Shown here piece by piece: positions 52,732 through 64,000 of a DNA stretch of 64,000 nucleotides. The stretch is from Lama glama (lineage: Eukaryota), in NCBI GenBank assembly GCA_028534125.1, contig CM052817.1:77316001-77380000 (forward strand), read 5' to 3'. Made by a program: the position numbers and the translations under genes. Under the pieces are notes generated by a model. That model was not told the DNA's origin. It did not search any database and was given only the letters and a program-made list of their open reading frames with translations. How positions within the stretch are numbered: position 1 is the stretch's first letter; every line of letters begins with the position of its first letter.

Positions 52732-54250
52732 TCTTGTAGCTGAAGCTGAGTGTCCACTTTGCTTGAAACGAATCGTTTGCAGTGTTACTTGAGTCCCCGA
52801 AAAGAATGCCTACCAAGTCCTCAACTTAATTTCAGATGTCAGCTCCCAATCTGGGTCCAAGGAGCAGAATATTTTTAATGAGTCAAAAATCTAACTCAGA
52901 TTGACTTAAAACATATTTATCTTCTTTGCACACTTAAAAATCTGGGAGCACCCCCAAATAGACCTGGGCCATTGTATTAAGTAAGGAGGATATTTAGGAT
53001 TTATGCTTTAGCCACAAGAAAGACAGTGATCAGTGATATCAACATTAGGACACAGTCTCTATGTAACATAACAACTGTGTTCCTATGGTGAAAAGGTTCA
53101 AGTATAATGAAAATATAACATGTATTGACTGACATTTCCTTTTTAAGTTTAGCTTAATCTCTATTACTAGTGTTAAGGGATAAGAAATTTATCGAGGACA
53201 GGGATCAGCTCTGGTCTGTCAACCTCAGCCACCTGTTTGATGCCGCAGAAAAGGTACCTTGGGGACTGTTGGAATGTACATAGTTTGGTAAGATGGGTAA
53301 GAAAGAGGGGGTTGATAATTATGGGACACTTATTATGGCACTTGCCAGATGTTTTACATATATTAGCTCATTTCCAAAGACTTCTTTAAAGTAAATGGGA
53401 TGAGGCAAGAAGGATAATTATCCTTAGAGATTGATGCCCATCCTGTCTCCCCAGTTACTTAAGAAACTAAATGAGTACACCTCCAATTGCCCATGAAAGC
53501 ATAAGTTTGTTTTCTTCCGCCGAGGCAAGCGGTAGAGTACAGTGTAATAGAGTGACAGATAAGAAGGTGAGCAGGCTGCAGATAAAGGTACATATGACTG
53601 TTGTTTTCCCTTGGGAAACTACATGGTTGGGGCATGAGGGGTTACTGACTCCAGGGGCTGATTGTGAAGCACGAGGAACCCCATGTGTGGAGGCCGTTGG
53701 GTGAGAACACACAATTACTAGCATCATTTCTAAGTCACCTCACAGATTCTTTTTCCTTGTGTTTGTTTTGCTTTCTGACGACTACTTCTCCCACTGTTCC
53801 TTGCAATTCTATTCTTGCACCTTCACTTTATTATTTATATTTGATGGACCAGGAGGATTCAGGCAAGGTTACCTTGTAAACTTGGATTGGTCACAAACAA
53901 TGCCGTCATCCAGCTGGCTCTGAAGTTAATAATGTTACTGACAGTAAACCTGAAGACCTTTCTCATATCTATTTTAAGTCCAAGTCTGACCAACCATGGA
54001 AAATATTCGACATGAAATAATATAGAGAACCACAAAGCATTTTTGACAGCTCCAGAAAAACCATCTACTCAATACAAGAGATATGTCTAGAGACCTCTCA
54101 TAAAAGCTTGCCTGGTTTGAGGGTACATGGTACCATTTTAATCCTCTGAAAATATCTGTACTCCTGTTCTTTTTCTGCTGTCACTGTCAATCTGCTGTTT
54201 TTCACTATCCTATTAAAATATTACTTTCTTCTTTATCTGTTCAATGTACA
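52732..54250 (+). other. SYNPO2: Proximal 3'UTR of the exon-4-terminating isoform, candidate poly(A) signal ATTAAA at 54212-54217
   Basis: Repeat-poor sequence after the stop, AU-rich stretch near 53828-53843, ATTAAA followed by U-rich sequence. Further AATAAA at 55909 and 57093 could give longer UTRs. The true end cannot be fixed from sequence. Confidence 0.5.
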
Positions 54251-57200
54251 TATTTGAAAAAAAAAACTTCCCTGTATAAGCTGTTCTGACCTAAGTCATT
54301 TCTCTGATATTTCTCTTATATTGCCCCGTAAACATCTGAATTTCTTTTTTGTGAGCATTTCCATTTTTCTGTGTATTGTAAAACTGCAAGTCATAAGCAT
54401 TTCTATGACATACAGAGAAGAGGTAAGTCAGCTACAGAACAATGGGGCTGATTCTTCTGCTTTTTCTCTGGAAAATCTTCCATTGCCTTTGGTGGCAATT
54501 TACCTAGAGGTTAGAACCACAGGATCTAGCTTGGTCCCTTATTTGCCTTTTGGGGAAATCAGTTAGGAAGATTCATCTAGGATAAAGGAAAAAGCAACCT
54601 ATCCATTATACAATACTACTGTTTGTTTGACTTGTTCTCTGCAAAGAAAGTCTGCTGAATGCTGTATATTTTGCATTCTTTTCTAATTGAACAACCAGAA
54701 AAGGCATATTAAGGCAAAGCAGGAAAGGAGATCATTTTTATAATGCACTTTTAAAATAGTATTATAGAGGGCAGACAATGGAACACAAGATAGTCAATTT
54801 GAGATCACTGGTTCAAAAGTAGCCAAGGGTGGTATTGACCCACAAGTATTCCCAGTTGTCCAGTGGTTTGTGGTATGTAGGAATGAGAAATGTTTTTACC
54901 TATTTCCTGTTGGAAGGTGGCCATCTTAGCAGAGCCACTGTTTGGAGCTGATGACTAAAGATACACCTTATGTGACTGGGACTGTCATGGAGTTCTCAAA
55001 AAGCTAAGAAACATGTCAGGCATGTAGTCAGAGCACCCGCAACTTCAACTGGGAGCTGGTAGCATCGGTCTCATCTTGTACCATACAGTCCCAAATTATG
55101 GAAAAAGTGTGAGAATCCTCCAAAATTGTATCCACGGCAGAGTCTAACCTCACCCTGTCGGAGGGAGAAGGACTAAGCCAGCTCCCTGGAGTGAGAGGGA
55201 TTACTTTGTGTCTTCTCCCCGACCAGAGAGCCCACTGGGAAACTCCATGCAAAATAAGCTTTCCACCTTTTCGGCTGGAGTTATGGAAATGATGTCAGTG
55301 TGGCAGGTGGGAGACTTAGAACTCACGACCTCAGCTTCCTTCCCACTGGGCACCCTTCGCAGTCTGTGTATTGTTGGCTTTGTTGTGGTGGCAGATGTTT
55401 GGATTGGCTGGTTTGAGAGTATGATGAAGCAGTTTTTGTTTAGTTTTTAGGATCTTGCCTTTTCCCTTGTCCTTTGTTAGCTTAATTTCTAGGCAGAGCA
55501 TTTATGAAGTCAAGTTTTCATTGTCAACACAATACCATTGATCATTTATTGAGTGCTTATGTTATGTTAGGTGCCTATTCCAAGGAATCCACTGCATGGT
55601 TTACAAGCACTGGAATATAAAATAAAAAGTAATCACAGTCACTGACTTACTACACGACCATATGCAAATTTCTTTCCACTAGTTTCCCCTAATGCTGTCT
55701 CAAACCTCTCTTCCTAGAATGTTGTGCCATAATGAGTATGCACAACACTAGATATTCTAGGAAGACAGGTGCTATGTAAATACAAGTACACGTATTCCTC
55801 TCAGTCTTATAGGAGGGCAGATTAAATCACAGAACTGGTAAGACTGAGAATCTGAGCATTGCCACTTTAATCTTATAACAGTCACAGTTTTATTTCTATT
55901 ATTTCAATAATAAACACATTCTGCTCTGAGAGAAAAAAATCACACTTTCTGGATTTTGGCTATTCCTTGATAGTAAAAAGCACAAGTTTTTAGGGATATA
56001 TTTTATAAGACACATTTGGGTTGTCATTCTGGAACACAAAAAAGTTTGTACTTCAAAGTATATCCAGTATGATTGCGAATGATGACATGTATCTCATTTA
56101 ATCTTCACAAGAAGCAACTTATTTTAACTGATTTGTGTTAACAGTAGTTCCTAAAAGGGAGCCAAGGTTCTTTAACTTTTGTAGATAGTGCTAGCCCCTT
56201 TCAAGAAGTGAACTTCATAGGGCAACTGAATATTATCACACAGCTGAATTCAAGCCTGGCAGCAAGAGTCACATCTAAGATGTCAAAAACAAGTGATCTA
56301 AACTTAATAGGACTAACATTTGTGGGACCATTGTTTTGCTTATAGTTACTACCTTAAAAAACTTTGAAGGTCGTTTGCTGCTGACAGGCATCTCAAACAC
56401 TGACTGCAGTACTTTCACAGAAGCCTCAAGAGCACAAGAAGACACATGGCTGTTAGTGTTTGAGTTTGAATTTAATCTTTCAGACAAAAGCCCCTTGCTG
56501 TGTATCATTTCATCCAGTTATACATTCGAGAATCTGCAAGCATCCATATTCTAAGGGTGAGTTCCTGAAATCCATTGCTGTTTTATGAGTCACCACTGGC
56601 CTGGCAGGAAGGGTATTTGAAGTCATGGTCATCAAAAAGAAGTGATTGTTTTCTGAAAAGCTAAATGCTTAAAATGCTTCCAAAGGGAAACAGTGGGCTG
56701 TGTGCTCATTCCCTCCTAAGATCAGAGTTGTTGAGTTTGTTTTAAAAATTGTTAAAAGTTCATGAGAAAAATATGTAAATTCTAAAAGCCAACACTATAT
56801 TCCCAGAAGCACTGACCCTCGCTGGTCTCACGTCCCCTTATCATTGTACTCTGGGGGACACAAAGACTCGTGTAACACTTCAGTGCAGCTGAGTCTGTCA
56901 ACAAGTATTCTGGGAAAAAGCAGAATCGAATTCTTCTCTAGACTTCCCACCAGGATTGGCCAAAGGCCATAAAACAAACTAGTAAATTCCCACAGGATGC
57001 AAAGACTAGGCAAAATTGCTAAAAGATGCCAGTCTGGATTAAAAAAAAAACAAGTTAAAAAAATTGTAGGCCATTCTATGGAGCATCAGGCCAATAAAAA
57101 CCAGAAGTCCCCAAATCAGACTATCCGCTCCTGGATGCTATCAGGTGCAGCCAGTTTCTTAAATTAAGAAAAAAAAAAAAAAGAATGTTTCTATGGTATG

Positions 57201-57541
57201 TATGTTTCTACACTAAATTACTGTTTGGCACTTGGAAATCACAGAACTTACTACTCAGAGGCAAATGAATGAAAAGAAATTTAATTTGAAATATCAAATC
57301 CCGTCAGACATTCCTCAGACTCCTGATTTAATCAGATGTTTGCCAGCTAAAAAAGTATTTCTCAAGTATAAAGAGACAAAGTTAGACTTCCACAGGGTCC
57401 TAGTGTTTAAATAATTGTTACTGATACATAGGATTTCTTAAATTTTCATTTTTTGGTTCTAAGTGTAAAGCTCCACATGTTTACCTCTGTTTATACCTCA
57501 TTCTTGACATGTTTATCTAAATAACATGTGCTTTATGACTG

Positions 57542-57620
57542 GTGAAATATACATTCAGGGTCCCTAATAAAAATAATCACAAGGACCTACTTTCCAGCCT
57601 ATCCTTTTTCCACTACCTAA
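57542..57620 (+). pseudogene. Non-functional counterpart (pseudo-exon) of the human SYNPO2 isoform-b terminal exon
   Basis: 57582-57620 reads RTYFPAYPFSTT*, resembling the human tail I recall as VKCKSGIHSQDIIRTYFPAYLSSST*. The expected acceptor is TG (57540-57541) not AG, and there is a +1 frameshift after VKYT. Confidence 0.55.
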
Positions 57621-58184
57621 TAATAAAAATAATAATACTTAAAATAATAATAACCTTCAAATGTACCATGGAGGAATCCTGCTTTCACAGCCCCTACTTC
57701 TTGAGCTCCTTGATAACTATTAATGATTTACTCATGGAAACAAAGAACTGCAATTAGCTCTAAGTTTAAAAGAAATGCACATTTTAGGAATAAACTGAGA
57801 AAATTTTTCTTCTTGGAAGTTAACTATCAAAAAGCAATAGTGTTTTGTTTTGTTCTTCAGGAGACATTTTAGAACTTAGGAATCTTTGATATCCTTATTT
57901 GGTGGAATAATCTGTTTTCAAGACTACCCAAAGGCCTTTAGTCAAGATCTGGTCCAAGTTAGGATAATACGTGTGGGGATGGAAGCTATGGCAGCCTTTC
58001 AAACAACCCCGTGAGAGCTGAGGAAAAGGCTGGAGGTGGGGTGGGGAGTTGCTTATTAAGTTTCTACTAAAAGCCAGGAACTGTGTTAAATACTTTCCGT
58101 AAGTTATAACAATAGCTAATGTTGACTGAGCATAAACTGTGGGCTCTAAATTGTGCCAAGTATCTTCATAGATTAGCGCTCTGT

Positions 58185-58500
58185 TTTTTTAATGGAGATA
58201 ATAACTGACAGGTGTACAACATAATGATTCAATACTAGTATATATTGCAAATTGATCACCACAATAAGTCTAGCTAACATCTATCATCACAGAGAGTTAC
58301 AAATTTCTTTTTCTTGTGATGAGAACTTTTAAGATCTACTCTCTTAGCAACTTTCAAATATACAATACAGTATTGTTAACTATAGGTGCCGTGCTGTACA
58401 TTACATCCCTGGGACTTATAACTGAAATGGGTGAAGGTGTACCTTTTGAACACTTTCACCCATTTTTCTCACCCTCACCCCCACCCCTCTGGCAATCATT
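58185..58500 (-). mobile_element. L1 3' end fragment inserted in a MIR
   Basis: Typical L1 3'UTR antisense motif gtgatgagaacttttaagatctactctcttagcaactttcaaatatacaatacagtattgttaactat. MIR sequence on both sides. Confidence 0.85.
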
Positions 58501-58860
58501 ATAGGTTAAGTTTTAAAATCAGTACTCCCTATGAGATAGGTACCATCATTATCCTCAGTTTATAGGTTATAGATGAGATTCTGAAGCACAAAGAGGCTGA
58601 ATATATTACCCAAGATTGCACAGTATTAAATAGTGGACCCTGGATTCAGTATGGATCTACACCCTTAACCAATTATACTATGATTTCATTTACTCCTCAG
58701 GATTACCCTGGAAGTGAAGGTATTATTTCCATTTTGCAGACAAAGTATCTGAAACTCAGAGAGGCAAACAACTTGTCTGACAATCACTAAGCTTTTAAGA
58801 AGTGGGCTAGGGTTGGACCTAGATATTTGTCTGACATTGAAGCCTTCAGTACTACATGGT
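58500..58860 (-). mobile_element. MIR SINE fragments
   Basis: cctatgagataggtaccatcattatcc and tccattttgcagacaaagtatctgaaactcagagagg cores. Confidence 0.7.
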
Positions 58861-60669
58861 TTCCACAGTCTCATTAGACCCCAGAACCCTACTCCCTGAG
58901 ACCTGGTAATTGTGTGTTCACCAAACTATCCACCAAGAGCCTACTCTGTATATGCTTTATGGATGGCTTTGACCACGTTTAGTGACTTTAGAAAGGACTC
59001 CACTACTTTCGTAAGATTGCTCGTAAAGTCAGATGCTATGATAGGACGTTTGAAGTGAAAACCAATCTCTGAAATAGAAGTATCTGTTTTATAAGTAGAA
59101 CTGATGGATTTGACAGTGATTTTTATGAGTTCCCCAAATTCTTTCATTTTCTTATTTCAGGATGGAAAGGTGATATTCATGGGCTGGGGGTGGGGAGGAA
59201 TGTCGTTAAAAAAAAAAAAGCAAAAGGAAGGGCTCTACATAAAAGGAAGCGCTCCCCTTGGCCTTGGCTTCATGCCTTTCTGACTAAAAGTAATTCAGGG
59301 AACTTTCTTATCAAGTAGTGCATCAGCACCCAGCTTGGCTTGCTACTAAACCCAGAATAACTGGAGACATTTCAACAAGAATAATTCTAAGCAGAATAAT
59401 ACTGAGCGAGTCACAAGGTTTCAGTGTTTCAAAATATATCTAAAAAGTAGTTGTCACTGGAATCTTAGAGTTCTATGAAGTCTCTCCTGGCTGAGTTACA
59501 TCCATCCAGGACATGCATGAGGCCACAAATCTTTCCGGCCGCAAATCTCTCCTCTCGCAATGTGCTCAATGGAAGGTTTCTCAACAGTTATTTTTGTCAA
59601 AGACTTCCCAGAAAGAATATTTTTATACCTTATTTTTTCCCAGTAGTTTTTTTTTCCCTTAAACTATATCTCATTGTTATTTTGAAAACATCTGAGGAGC
59701 TAGTGTAGTGGATTCTAAACATGGGATTTGAACATTCCCATCACTAACATCAAGGAGAGAAGATGTTAACTTCTAAGTTACTTGTAGAGCCCCTCATTGT
59801 ATTTGCAGAGCCTCACTGCCTTAATTTAAAATGACAAAGCCACTAATATAGTGATAATCATGAGGGCTTACTCTATGTTGGGTGCCTAAATACTAAACAA
59901 GTATTTAACAAATGTTAGCTTTTTAGTCATCACAAAATTACTAGCATATGAAGAAGGTACCATTATCTTTCTACTTTACAGATGAGAAACACTATAGTAA
60001 AGAAAAGTTAAGGAACTTGTCTAAAGTGATAGGACTAACAGTCAGACTCCAGAGCCATTCTCTAATCACTAGGCTACTTTACCTCCCCCGGTCACAGGAA
60101 GACAGAGGTCACATGTGAAAGGAATTGTGCATCAAAGGCCATAAACTTTACAGACTGTCTCAGAAATAACTCAACAGTTACTTTAAACCTTCTAAATCAA
60201 AGCAAGAAATGTTAAAAACTTCTTAGACTTTGGTAGCCCCAAATGATAGACATTTATAAACATGTACAAGGGGAAGGGAAAAGCTATAGTTTTTATTTCT
60301 GTCAGTCTATTTGCATATAGTATAGACTCAAATGGTAGGGGGAACCTAACATTTTGCTAGTTACCATTAAATGAATACCCGTGATGCATTAGACCAAATG
60401 CCCCAAACACCCACTTCTCGCCAACTAGCATCATATAGTACTACAGCTGTGCTAATGTACACCAGGTAAATTAAGGTAAAAAGAATAATGATGAGGAGGA
60501 AGTCCTCAAATTTGCAATTCTACAATAATGCAGAAATATGTACCTACAAATATTTAAGTTAAAAAAAAGACATGATTTGATTTAGGGGACACAAAAGGTA
60601 ACCACTTCTCAAATGAAGTTCACCTATGGTTAGGTGAGACAATGCATGTAAACACCAAGCACATAGAGG

Positions 60670-60925
60670 CAACATTTTATAGTGGGTGAGCACGTGGACT
60701 TGGGCCAAATTGCCTGCAGCTAAATCCCAGGTTGCCTTTTGCTGGTTGGGAGACTTTAGGCAAATGATTCAGCCTCTCTGTGTCTCAGTATCCTCTGCTG
60801 TGAAATGAAGGAAATAACAGACGTAACTCGCAAGTTGTGAAGATTAAACAAAGCAGTATGTGTTATGTGTATGGAACTGTGCCTGGCACATAGAAAGCAT
60901 GCAACATATGTTAGCTGTTAATATT
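60670..60925 (+). mobile_element. MIR SINE, near full length
   Basis: agcctctctgtgtctcagtatcctctgctgtgaaatg...gtgcctggcacatagaaagc. Confidence 0.85.
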
Positions 60926-62589
60926 CTTGTAAAGAGCACTCAGTAAACAATAGCTACTATTTCATAACTTGCAAGGAAGATGACATACATGGTAAACAAG
61001 TTTTTTGTTTTCTCTGTTAATATAAATCCCAGTTTGAAGGATCTAACAGAACTAAAACAGAAAAAGCAGAAGCACTGTCTGTATAAATCTCATATTGACA
61101 CGAGGAATAATCTATCCACAGGATCTTTTACTGAGAGATCTTGGTTTATTGTTTTCGTCATACTGAAAATTTATGTCTATATTCCTCTGTATTCAGCCTG
61201 TTGGTCAATTTTTTTCTTCTTTGTCTTCATCTTTTATGCTAGCATTGTTGTAGCAGTATATAAAGATGAGACCAGGATTCAAAAAGACTGGTACAATATT
61301 TCTTACAAAAGAAACAATATCAGCTTTGAGACTCTACTACAAAGGGGCTGTGTTCAATTCAAAGTACCAATATTAAATAGAATACATATGGCGCACTTGG
61401 TAACACAGAGAATTGTTATGGGGAAATGCTTGTAAATGAAGGATATTCTCAAAATAGGATAGTTGGTATCCTAGCAGGGTTCTAGTGGGACAGTTGAAGC
61501 TTAACCAGGCCTATCACGCAGAAAGTGGAACAGTTGTCAATCCAATCCCCAAGGCTACCCCAGATCAGGCCTGCAACAGTTGGGGCTCTGACAGAACCTG
61601 GCTGGCCTCTGAAGGCACAGCAGACAGCTGGTCTTATCCCTCTTCCCCAACACTGTCCCAGGACAAAGGGTCAGCAACCTGGCTTTTTTAGAGTAATTGA
61701 TCCGCTTGCTTGAGACGCGTGATCAGTTTCCAAAACCAGAAAGAGAGAAATCTCCCTCTGAACAGAGCAAACTCCCAGCTCACAGGGCAAGTGCAGAAAA
61801 ACAATTCTCAGAAGCTGAGTGACTGATGTAGGGAGGAACCTAAAATTCCAGCTGCCTTTCAAACCCAGGGAATTTTTGTGGGTTTTCTGATACTTCTAAA
61901 ATCCTACTGAGTCAAAAGTCAGGACTGATCTTGAAGAGAGAAAAATCACAACAAGGTGAGATTCTGAAAATTTTATCTGAATCCAAAATTGCTTTTGTTT
62001 CAAAAACACTTAAATTGATACAGTTTAGTTTTCTTTTTGTGCCATTTAATTACCTTTTTCCTTAAAAAGTAAAAAAAAAAAAACAACTAGGTCTCTTTCT
62101 TGCATTGGATTCATTCTTTTTTTCTGCTAGCATATCTCAGATTGATAAAGAAGTGTTTACAAAACCATCTTCTAGATCTAAAAATCACTATGGAATAGGC
62201 TGGACTGATACAAATAAAAGACTAATTTAAAGTATACCAACTCTAACACAATTAGAGGTTTTTTTTTTTTCATTACACTCAAGAGTTTATTGATAGTCTG
62301 GCCCACTGGACTAGTTGTTAATGCTTATCAGATGGTGCCAATTATAATTCTTCATATAAACCCAATATGGGCTAAATAGATTTTGAATTCTACATTATGA
62401 AATATCCAGCAAAATGTCACAATTCATTTTGGGTGGTATTATTGAAATAAAGAGCAAAGTAAAATATATCACCTAGAACTTTTTATTTTAATTTTACACT
62501 TCAATTCACCAATTAATATTATTTCATTTATATACAGTGATTTAGTATTAGCAAACTATTGCCTTCACAGTATCCTGACACAGTTTTCC

Positions 62590-62746
62590 GAATTTTGTTC
62601 CCAGGAGAAAATTAAGATTTCCCCTTGCTCCCAGGGAAATTCTGATTTAGTATCTCTGGGTGGAGCCTAGGAATTTGTTTTCGTAACATACACCCCACGT
62701 GATTCTGATGGTAATGGGTTGTGAACCAACACTTTGAAAACCACTT
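62590..62746. mobile_element. MER5A-like element
   Basis: attctgatttagtatctctgggtggagcctaggaatttg...gtgattctgatg...acactttgaaaaccact. Confidence 0.7.
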
Positions 62747-64000
62747 TTCTAACACACAAAACACTGAGGTCAACTTTATTCTTTAAAACCATAATTAGTT
62801 CCTAGTTCATACAGTCAGGGACAGCCAGACTTGTAAACAGCACCTGCTTGCAAAAGCTCTTGCTGCCTTGTCTTGAGATAGGAACAGGACCTAAAGCTCT
62901 GATCTTGACTTTATTCTAAAGGCCCAGGAGATGGCAGCAAACTCTCCTGCTGCAGTGCTTCACAGGCAGCCATTCTAAAACGTGCTGCAAATAATTTGTT
63001 TTGAACAGTCTTTTAAATTTATTTTTCAAATAGAAGAATAAAGAGGGTCTTGAGATGTGAGTTTATCTGACCCCCTGCTTCTAATTGAGGCTGAGAATAA
63101 ATATTTCTAGGAATAGAATGCTACATCTTTATCATCTAGAGAAGAGATGGTACAAAGTTCCTCTGCTGATTTTTCTTATCCCTGGGGAAAGGGATTGCAT
63201 GACTTCCCTTGGCCGTAGGGCAGTAGAGTCTCTTATCTCCAATCAAAAATGCTCTTACTAATAACAAACTTACATCTCTCTGGCAGTAATCAAAACATTC
63301 TTATTTTGGTATTTAAGCTAAGGGAGAATTTTGAACTTTGAATGCTAATTAGCTTTTAAAAATGAAAACAAACATGACTGTAAAATCTTCAAAACTAAAA
63401 AGAAGTCTGTGTACTTTATGAAAGACCCCAGTATTTTTGTTTCTCCTTAACATTAAAATGATCAAATTGTATGGTGGACTGACAAAATGCCAAATCAGTC
63501 AGAGGCTGATTTTAAACATTAGAAGAGTGTACAGAACAAAGGGATAGGTAAACCCACTGAGTAGCAGCTTTGATCCCAACAAGAGTATTATTTTCAGACT
63601 TTTGATGCACTAAAGTTTATTTCTAAAACAAAGGATGGTGATATGTCTGGAAGTTCTGTAATATAAGATATACGTTTGTATATTTAGCAGTAGGAGGAGA
63701 AAAGACTAAAAGGAGATAGGAAAGCTGGATATTTGAGGAGCTTTGGTGTCGTTAAGAGAGTAAAGGTCTTCACTGGTGGAAAAAACAGAAACAAAAAAAC
63801 AGGACTAACAGATGTCTGTTACAAGATAGTACATTTCAGTTTAACTTAAGAAAACTTCAAAAACTTGTGGGAAAGGGATGGAGAAGGAACTAACATATAT
63901 ACTAGATACAACCCTAACAGTGTTAAGGGCTTTAATATGTGTATTTAATTTAATTCTCACAACAACTTTATTTGGTGGAAATTATCCTCAATTTTTTTAA

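Noticed and set aside
47438..52792. Antisense and alternative-frame ORFs overlapping exons 3 and 4
   Set aside because: Expected shadows of GC-richer coding sequence; no recognisable protein.
57893..57902. Canonical CArG box CCTTATTTGG
   Set aside because: Isolated; several such 10-mers are expected by chance in 64 kb of AT-rich DNA.
59475..59708. 77-aa ATG ORF considered as an alternative SYNPO2 terminal exon
   Set aside because: No convincing acceptor or pyrimidine tract and no resemblance to known SYNPO2 tails.
60980..61435. 151-aa ORF with a hydrophobic stretch
   Set aside because: T-rich intronic composition, no recognisable homology or splice support.

Overview
Mammalian genomic DNA, very probably camelid (two tRNA-derived SINEs match the camelid Vic-1 type as I recall it). 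The window lies wholly inside the SYNPO2 (synaptopodin-2/myopodin) gene on the + strand. About 43.7 kb of repeat-rich intron 1 (with a 500-N assembly gap) is followed by coding exon 2 (43763-43914, rest of the PDZ domain), exon 3 (47289-48085) and the large exon 4 (50516-52731, ending VWKPSVVEE*, with an internal alternative donor at 52701/52702), then 3'UTR and intron. Exon 1 and the distal long-isoform exon are not in the window. Most notable observations: (1) a small candidate alternative first exon in intron 3 (48721-48811), missed by the ORF track, that splices in frame to exon 4 and appears to have ACG where other mammals have the start ATG, with a substitute in-frame ATG 14 codons upstream; (2) a disabled counterpart of the human SYNPO2 isoform-b terminal exon (57542-57620); (3) an L1 insertion in a Charlie1 transposon flanked by a ~117-bp direct duplication. 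I found no evidence for a wholly new biological system. Comparisons to other species and repeat-family names come from memory, not database searches, and repeat boundaries are approximate unless a TSD is given.
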